Assembly (NCBI RefSeq): GCF_029504745.1
Contig: NZ_JAQFIQ010000003.1
Span: 1 to 32,000 of the forward strand
From: Breznakia sp. PF5-3
GTDB taxonomy: Bacteria > Bacillota_I > Bacilli_A > Erysipelotrichales > Erysipelotrichaceae
DNA length: 32,000 nt
Direction of reading: 5' to 3'
Of the stretch, positions 26,487 through 32,000 are shown piece by piece. The translations under genes were made by a program, and so were the position numbers. How positions within the stretch are numbered: the first letter of the stretch is position 1; each line of letters starts with the position of its first letter. The notes under the pieces are model-generated. The model did not search any database. It saw only the letters and a program-made list of their open reading frames with translations, and was not told the origin of the DNA.

Positions 26487-28352
26487 ATGAAAATATCATT
26501 GGCACAGATCAATGTTGAGAGTGGAAAATGTGAGCAAAATTTTCAAAAAATAAAGACGCTGATTCAGCAAGCCAAAGATGAGCAAGTGGATATTATTGTT
26601 TTTCCTGAAATGTGTATCAGTGGCTATTTGTTGCATGATAAATTTTTAGATGATGCCTTTTGTAATTATATTGCATCTTATAATGAAAAAATAAAAGCAT
26701 TATCAGCAGGAATAGGAATTGTTTTTGGGAATTTGCATTATCAAGCAATTCAAGATGTAAAATATGGTCGGGATGGTAGGAAGGCTCGGTTTAATGCGGT
26801 CTTTTTCGCTTGTGATAAAAAATGGGTAAAAAAAGAAAACGAACAGTTGGATGGGATTCATATTAAACATTTAAATCCTGATTATCGTTTCTTTGATGAT
26901 TCTCGTTATTTCTTAAGTGGGATTGAAGTTTCTAATCATTTATACCAGAAGATGGATGCTTTAATTTCACCATTCATATTTGAAAGAAATGGAAAAATAT
27001 ATCGAATTGGATTAGAAGTATGTGAGGATCTTTGGAGTTTTGATTATAGTGTTGATGTTACTAGTGTATATGCACAACAGGGAATTGATTTTTTAATTAA
27101 TGTTTCAACTAGTCCTTATACACGAAATAAAGAACATTCACGACATAGGCAGATAAAAAAACATGTTGAACATCTTGGAGATAAAATGCCAGTTGTTTTT
27201 TATGTCAATGCCGTTGGAATGCAGAATACAGGAAAAAATATTGTCCTGTTTGATGGTGATAGTAGTGTTTATAATACACAAGGAGATTTAGTTTTCTCCT
27301 TGAATGATAGATTTAAAGAAGAATATCGAGTGTATGATTTCAAAAACAATGCGATTGCAGAGCGTTGCGAAAATAAAATTTTAGCAGCATTAACTTGTGC
27401 CATCTATGAATTTGATCGTCAGATATTTCCTTTTAAGCCCAAATGGGTGATTGGGTTGAGTGGTGGTATTGATAGTTGTGTGAATGCTGCATTGCTTGTA
27501 AAAGCATTGGGTAATGAACGAGTTATTGGTTACAATATGGCAACGAAATACAATTCTCAAATGACTAAGAACAATGCTCGAATTTTAGCGGATAAGTTAA
27601 ATATAGAAATTCGTGAAGGAAGCATTGAAAACATTAATGATGCAACATTAACAACAATGCAAAATTATGGATATGAAAATACTTATGATTCTTTAGTTTA
27701 TGAAAATATACAAGCAAGAATTAGAGGACATCTATTATCTAGTTTTGCATCTATAGAAAATGGTGTAATCATAAATAATGCAAATAAAATTGAAGTTGCT
27801 TTAGGATATTGCACATTGTATGGAGATAGCATAGGTGCAATTTCTCCAATTGGAGATCTTAGTAAAGTACAAGTGTTTGAATTGGCTAAGCAATTAAATG
27901 AATATTTTGGAGATGAAATAATCTCAAAGTCTTTGATACCTGAGGTAATTGATGATGAGATTTATTGGCAAATGCCTCCTAGTGCAGAGTTGAAAGATGA
28001 ACAGTTGGATCCAATGAAATGGTATTACCATGATTATATTATTCAAATGTTACTTGACTATCCAACTGGGAATATTGAAAAACTATTAGAAAGTTATCTG
28101 GATGGTACCATCTATGAAGGTCCTTTAGGTCCTTGGATAAAATATTATGGCTTGGATAATGGGATATCTTTTATTGAAGATTTGGAATGGTTGCTTAATA
28201 AAATGTATGGTTCTGTTTTCAAAAGAATACAGATGCCACCAATTGTTGTGTTGAGTCGTGGAGCCTTTGGAAGTGATTATCGGGAGTCTCAATTAGGGTT
28301 TCTTAAGACAAGTACATATGAAGCATTGAAGTTAAAAATATTAAGTTTGTAA
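26487..28352 (+). CDS. nadE: Glutamine-dependent NAD(+) synthetase (CN-hydrolase plus NAD synthase domains)
   Basis: 621 aa. The N-terminal nitrilase-type domain has FPEM (Glu) and GLEVCEDLW (Cys). The C-terminal domain has the PP-loop GLSGGIDS. Confidence 0.88.
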   Translation: MKISLAQINVESGKCEQNFQKIKTLIQQAKDEQVDIIVFPEMCISGYLLHDKFLDDAFCNYIASYNEKIKALSAGIGIVFGNLHYQAIQDVKYGRDGRKARFNAVFFACDKKWVKKENEQLDGIHIKHLNPDYRFFDDSRYFLSGIEVSNHLYQKMDALISPFIFERNGKIYRIGLEVCEDLWSFDYSVDVTSVYAQQGIDFLINVSTSPYTRNKEHSRHRQIKKHVEHLGDKMPVVFYVNAVGMQNTGKNIVLFDGDSSVYNTQGDLVFSLNDRFKEEYRVYDFKNNAIAERCENKILAALTCAIYEFDRQIFPFKPKWVIGLSGGIDSCVNAALLVKALGNERVIGYNMATKYNSQMTKNNARILADKLNIEIREGSIENINDATLTTMQNYGYENTYDSLVYENIQARIRGHLLSSFASIENGVIINNANKIEVALGYCTLYGDSIGAISPIGDLSKVQVFELAKQLNEYFGDEIISKSLIPEVIDDEIYWQMPPSAELKDEQLDPMKWYYHDYIIQMLLDYPTGNIEKLLESYLDGTIYEGPLGPWIKYYGLDNGISFIEDLEWLLNKMYGSVFKRIQMPPIVVLSRGAFGSDYRESQLGFLKTSTYEALKLKILSL

Positions 28353-28413
28353 ATTTTTTTGGTTTTTTTAGAAAAATGATTTATAATATTACAGTATGTA
28401 TTGAGGTGAAGGT

Positions 28414-28710
28414 ATGGTAAGTGAGAAAATTTTAAACGACAAGGATGTTCAGCTGGCCTTGACACTAAAGACAAATCAGTTGAAACGTGAAAAATTGCAT
28501 TCACTTACATATAAACAAGTGCTTCGCACCTTAACAGAATATGTATGGCGTAATAAAAATGTTACTTCTATGCATATTGCTGTGAATGACATTATGAAAT
28601 TAGATGTTTCGGTTGTTGTGGCTTTTTTGTCTCTAAGCGCAATAGAGAAAGGATCAAGATTAAATCTAGATGATATCAATGGGGTACTGAGAGGAGAATT
28701 AGATGATTAA
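28414..28710 (+). CDS. ComN-like post-transcriptional regulator family protein
   Basis: 98 aa. Its position immediately upstream of secDF, overlapping it, matches B. subtilis comN (yrzD). The segment LTYKQVLRTL.EYVWRNK......HIAVNDIM.L fits that family from memory. Confidence 0.6.
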   Translation: MVSEKILNDKDVQLALTLKTNQLKREKLHSLTYKQVLRTLTEYVWRNKNVTSMHIAVNDIMKLDVSVVVAFLSLSAIEKGSRLNLDDINGVLRGELDD

Positions 28711-30994
28711 AAAAAGACTTATTGTATTTGGATGTACAATGTTGGCTTTAGTAAGTATTGTAGCTTTATTTGCTAAAGACGCTGTCAATAGTATGAATTT
28801 AGGGTTAGATTTAAAAGGTGGTTTTGAAATCCTTTATGATGTGAAACCTTTGGAGGGTGCATCAAAGGATAGTGTTGATATGGCGGCTGTTGCTAGCGCT
28901 GTTTCAAAAAGAGTAAATGTTTTAGGAGTTAGTGAACCGGATATTAGTGTAGAGGGTGACCGTATTCGTGTTCAATTAGCTGGTGTAAAGGATAATGAGC
29001 AAGCTCGTAATATTATTTCAAGCAGTGCTACTTTATCATTTAGAGACACAAGTGATAACTTGTTAATGGATGCTACTGTTTTACAAGAAGGTGGTGCATC
29101 TATCGGGTATCAAGAAGGAAAGCCAGTAGTTTATTTAAAAATTGCAGACACTTCTAAATTTTATGAGGTAACAAGTACATTATCACAAACTACAGATAAA
29201 TTAATGGTTACTTGGCTTGATTATAAAGATGGGCAAACCTATCGTGAAGAATCAAGTAAAGTAGATAAAGATGGTGGTCCTGCATATATTTCTGCAGCTA
29301 CTGTAAGTGAAGGATTAAATAGCGAATCAGTTGTTATATCTGGTAGTTTTACAGAAGAAGAAGCACAACAACTTGCAGATTTATTAAATTCAGGATCGTT
29401 AAACTTCCAGATGAATGAAATTTATTCAAATGTAGTAAGTCCTAACTTAGGGGTTGGTGCTTTTGATTCAACAATGTTGGCTGGAGGAATTGGAATTCTA
29501 GCAATCATGATCTTTTTGATTTTGATTTATCGTTTTGCAGGAATTATTTCTGCTGTTGCGGTTGCTGCTTATACATTTGGTGTATTAGTTGTCTATACAC
29601 TTTTAGGAGGTGTCTTTACCCTTAGTGGTATTGCTGCACTTGTTCTAGGAGTTGGTATGGCTGTTGATAGTAGTGTAATTACTTTCGAGCGTATTAAAGA
29701 TTGTTTATTGATGGGACGTAGTGTTAAACAAGCTTATAAAGAAGGAAACCATAAATCGTTATCAACGATTTTAGATTCACAAATTACGACATTGCTATCT
29801 GCTGTAATTTTGTATACATTTGGAACAGGTACGGTAAAAGGTTTTGCAACGATGTTGATGATTTCAACAATTCTAGCAATCGTTTTCAATGTAACAATTG
29901 TTCGTTTCTTATTAGGTCAAGTTGTTAAGAGTGGTTACCTAGATAATAAGAAGAGCTGGTTTGGAATTAAGGAATCTGATATTCCTGACTTGGTTCGTGG
30001 AGAATCAAAAAAACCTAGTGGTGGTAGATTTGCTAACTTTGATTTTATTAAGAATGCAAAATATTTTGCCTTTGTTTCTTTAGCTGTTATTGTAATTGGA
30101 GTTGGATCTATTGCTATGAATTTAGCGAATGGAAACGGTGCTCTTGATTTAGGAATTGATTTCTCAAGTGGTACAAGAATTACAATGGAAGCGGAGAAAT
30201 CATTCAAAAGTGATACATTAGAAAAAGAATTAAAAGATTTAGGTGTTGATCCAAGTGATATTACACTATCAGGTAAAGGAAATACGGTTGCATCTGTTTC
30301 GATAAAGGATGCAATTACAGAAGAACAACGTGAGAAGATTGCAGATTATATGAGTGAAAAATATAAAGCTGAAGTATCTGATTCTGTTGTATCTCCAATC
30401 ATTGGTCAAGAGTTGGTAAAAAATGCCTTTATTATGTCGATTCTTTCATGGATTGGAATCTTGATTTATGTAAGTATTCGATTTAAATGGGATTATGCAA
30501 TCAGTGGTATTGTGGCTTTAATTCATGATGTGTTCATCATTCTAGCGGTGTTTGCAATTTTCCGAATGGAAGTTACAACCGATATTATTGCTGTTGTGTT
30601 GACGATTATTGGATACTCAATTAATGACTCTATAGTTGTCTTTGATAGAATGAGAGAAAATGTTGCTGCACATGGACGTAAAGCAATCAGTAATGAAGGA
30701 TATTATGAAATTGTTAACAAATCGTTACAAGAAATAGTTGTTCGTTCAATTATTACTTCTGTAACAACGATTATCCCAGTAGTTTGTCTATTGATTTTTG
30801 GAAGTAGAAATATTCTAGATTTCAATATTGCACTAATGGTTGGTCTTGTTGCTGGTACAGTTTCATCATTGTTTATTGCATCTCAACTATGGTACATTTT
30901 ACGTATCAAGTTTAAACCAAAAAACAAGGTTAGAAAAAGACATAAAAAAGTTGATGAAGTAGAAGAACATATTATTCCAGGAGTAAATGACTAA
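28703..30994 (+). CDS. secDF: Protein translocase subunit SecDF (fused)
   Basis: 763 aa. SecD-type N-terminal TM helix and periplasmic domain (LGLDLKGG..., RVN.LGVSEP......RI.VQLAG), two 6-TM bundles, and a SecF segment (GIDFSSGT). Confidence 0.93.
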   Translation: MIKKRLIVFGCTMLALVSIVALFAKDAVNSMNLGLDLKGGFEILYDVKPLEGASKDSVDMAAVASAVSKRVNVLGVSEPDISVEGDRIRVQLAGVKDNEQARNIISSSATLSFRDTSDNLLMDATVLQEGGASIGYQEGKPVVYLKIADTSKFYEVTSTLSQTTDKLMVTWLDYKDGQTYREESSKVDKDGGPAYISAATVSEGLNSESVVISGSFTEEEAQQLADLLNSGSLNFQMNEIYSNVVSPNLGVGAFDSTMLAGGIGILAIMIFLILIYRFAGIISAVAVAAYTFGVLVVYTLLGGVFTLSGIAALVLGVGMAVDSSVITFERIKDCLLMGRSVKQAYKEGNHKSLSTILDSQITTLLSAVILYTFGTGTVKGFATMLMISTILAIVFNVTIVRFLLGQVVKSGYLDNKKSWFGIKESDIPDLVRGESKKPSGGRFANFDFIKNAKYFAFVSLAVIVIGVGSIAMNLANGNGALDLGIDFSSGTRITMEAEKSFKSDTLEKELKDLGVDPSDITLSGKGNTVASVSIKDAITEEQREKIADYMSEKYKAEVSDSVVSPIIGQELVKNAFIMSILSWIGILIYVSIRFKWDYAISGIVALIHDVFIILAVFAIFRMEVTTDIIAVVLTIIGYSINDSIVVFDRMRENVAAHGRKAISNEGYYEIVNKSLQEIVVRSIITSVTTIIPVVCLLIFGSRNILDFNIALMVGLVAGTVSSLFIASQLWYILRIKFKPKNKVRKRHKKVDEVEEHIIPGVND

Positions 30995-31018
30995 AAGGAT
31001 GCATTGCATCCTTTTTTT
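30994..31018 (+). terminator. Rho-independent terminator of secDF
   Basis: Stem AAAGGATGC / GCATCCTTT (30994-31002 / 31006-31014) with an ATT loop, followed by a T-run. Confidence 0.8.
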
Positions 31019-31045
31019 GTGATAGAATGATAACAGGAGTTTTTT

Positions 31046-32000
31046 ATGATATATGAAGAATTAAAAGTAGATGGGTATCAAGTAATTCAAGAAAAGTATG
31101 GAATCAGTGAATTGGCAGCAAAGGTGTTAGCTAGTAAACATCTTGATGATGTAATGATAAATAAACTTTTATATACTGATATGAAAACATCAGATTTTGA
31201 TTTGTCTTTTATAAAAGATATTATTACTTGTATACAAAAAGCAAAACAGAATAATGAAAAAATTATGATCTGTGGGGATTATGACTGTGATGGGATTTGT
31301 GCGACCACGATTTTGTATGATGCATTGAAGCGATATGGTTGTGATTGTGGATACTATATCCCAGATCGTTTTACAGAAGGCTATGGAGTGAATATGAATA
31401 CGATTAAAGCGGCTGTAGAAAAAGATTACAAAGTGTTAATTACAGTTGATAATGGTGTGAAAGCTACAAATGAATTACAATTTGCAAAAGAACAAGGGTT
31501 ACAGGTTATTTTGAGTGATCATCATGCTTACGATGAAGAAGATTTAGTATATGACTATTTCTTGCACCCCAACATTTTAGATCCCTTTTATGGGAAGCTG
31601 TGTGGAACAGGATTAGCATATTTAATTAGCAAAGCTTTAATTGGTGATGATCCTTATCATACCGTGTTGGCTTGTATTGCTACAGTTGGAGATATGGTAG
31701 GAGTCTTGGATGCGAATCGAGTAATTATCAAAGAAGGAATTCATTTATTAAAAACGATGGATTTTCCAGCAATTACATTATTAAGCGATACAAGTAACCA
31801 TTGGGATGCAACAAAAATAGCTTTTCAAATAGTCCCCAAAATGAATGCATTGGGAAGACTTGCAGATGAAGCAAATGTGAATACACTAGTTCGTTATTTG
31901 CTGATAAGAGATCGAGCATCACTTGAAAAGGTAGCTGTTCAAATAAATCGATTGAATGAAAAGCGCAAGAAGATAAGCGCAACAAATGAAAAAGAAGCAT
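31046..32000 (+). CDS. recJ: Single-stranded-DNA-specific exonuclease RecJ (5' partial; runs off the window)
   Basis: Not in the ORF track because no stop is reached. ATG 31046 has AGGAG 6 nt upstream. My translation gives MIYEELKVDGYQVIQEKYGISELAAKVLASKH... with DHH-family motifs ICGDYDCDG, TVDNG and LSDHH. The secDF-recJ order matches Bacillus. Confidence 0.88.
   Translation, partial: MIYEELKVDGYQVIQEKYGISELAAKVLASKHLDDVMINKLLYTDMKTSDFDLSFIKDIITCIQKAKQNNEKIMICGDYDCDGICATTILYDALKRYGCDCGYYIPDRFTEGYGVNMNTIKAAVEKDYKVLITVDNGVKATNELQFAKEQGLQVILSDHHAYDEEDLVYDYFLHPNILDPFYGKLCGTGLAYLISKALIGDDPYHTVLACIATVGDMVGVLDANRVIIKEGIHLLKTMDFPAITLLSDTSNHWDATKIAFQIVPKMNALGRLADEANVNTLVRYLLIRDRASLEKVAVQINRLNEKRKKISATNEKEA

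Noticed and set aside
3022-30207. Numerous 60-110 aa ORFs in the track lie antisense to, or out of frame within, the large conserved genes. Examples: 3022-3270, 7221-7463, 7846-8049, 8156-8377, 8541-8801, 9537-9728, 10269-10517, 10647-10943, 11915-12199, 12737-13024, 13061-13276, 13116-13436, 14680-14898, 15267-15518, 18514-18705, 22395-22601, 23571-23882, 25044-25253, 25406-25642, 28289-28504, 28476-28679, 29935-30207.
   Set aside because: Each is fully embedded in a CDS with unmistakable family motifs on the other strand or frame. They lack SD sequences and have skewed low-complexity compositions typical of shadow ORFs in AT-rich DNA.
31773-32000. A 75-aa minus-strand ORF at the window end.
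   Set aside because: It lies antisense inside recJ, whose DHH-family motifs are clear on the plus strand.
1-32000. CRISPR arrays, long direct or inverted repeats, IS or transposase genes, integrases, and tRNA or rRNA genes.
   Set aside because: None was seen on reading the sequence. Every gap over 90 nt is accounted for by promoters, terminators, the T-box or short leaders. I could not run a repeat finder or tRNA scan, so short or degenerate elements cannot be fully excluded.

Overview
This is an AT-rich (about one-third G+C by eye), very gene-dense chromosomal segment from a low-GC Bacillota-type bacterium. It uses the standard code and strong GGAGG-type ribosome binding sites; an Erysipelotrichia-like origin is only a guess. 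I call about 31 CDS, and intergenic gaps are mostly under 150 nt. Content is almost entirely housekeeping: rpsT, fmt, lepA-hemW, trkA-trkH, rpsO-pnp, pepV, trmB, a ytpP-like thioredoxin, ytpR, murC, a DUF948 protein, a CcpA-like LacI regulator, a Tyr T-box plus tyrS, a MurJ/YtgP-like flippase, rsuA, thyA-folA, nadE, comN-like-secDF and the 5' part of recJ. Gene order mirrors several Bacillus subtilis blocks in compressed form: ytjP-trmB-ytpP-ytpR-[sftA slot]-murC-ytxG-ytxH-ccpA...tyrS...ytgP-ytzG, and comN-secDF-recJ. I saw no rRNA, tRNA, CRISPR, transposase, integrase, phage gene or recognisable defence or toxin module, and no long unexplained non-coding stretch. I therefore do not think this window contains a clear novel multi-gene system. 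The most unusual item is a 232-aa highly acidic, apparently disordered ORF (16832-17530) in the position where Bacillus has sftA. It has a SepF-like amphipathic N-terminus, duplicated short motifs and an SSB-like C-terminal tip (...EDDLPF). Lesser curiosities:
- a decayed cutC remnant
- fmt translationally coupled to an orphan ECF S-component-like membrane protein
- a PDZ-less HtrA-type protease preceded by phased TTTCA-type repeats
- a lipoprotein gene overlapping the flippase gene
- a tyrS T-box that starts 2 nt after the upstream stop codon
All family assignments come from motif recognition by eye, not database searches.
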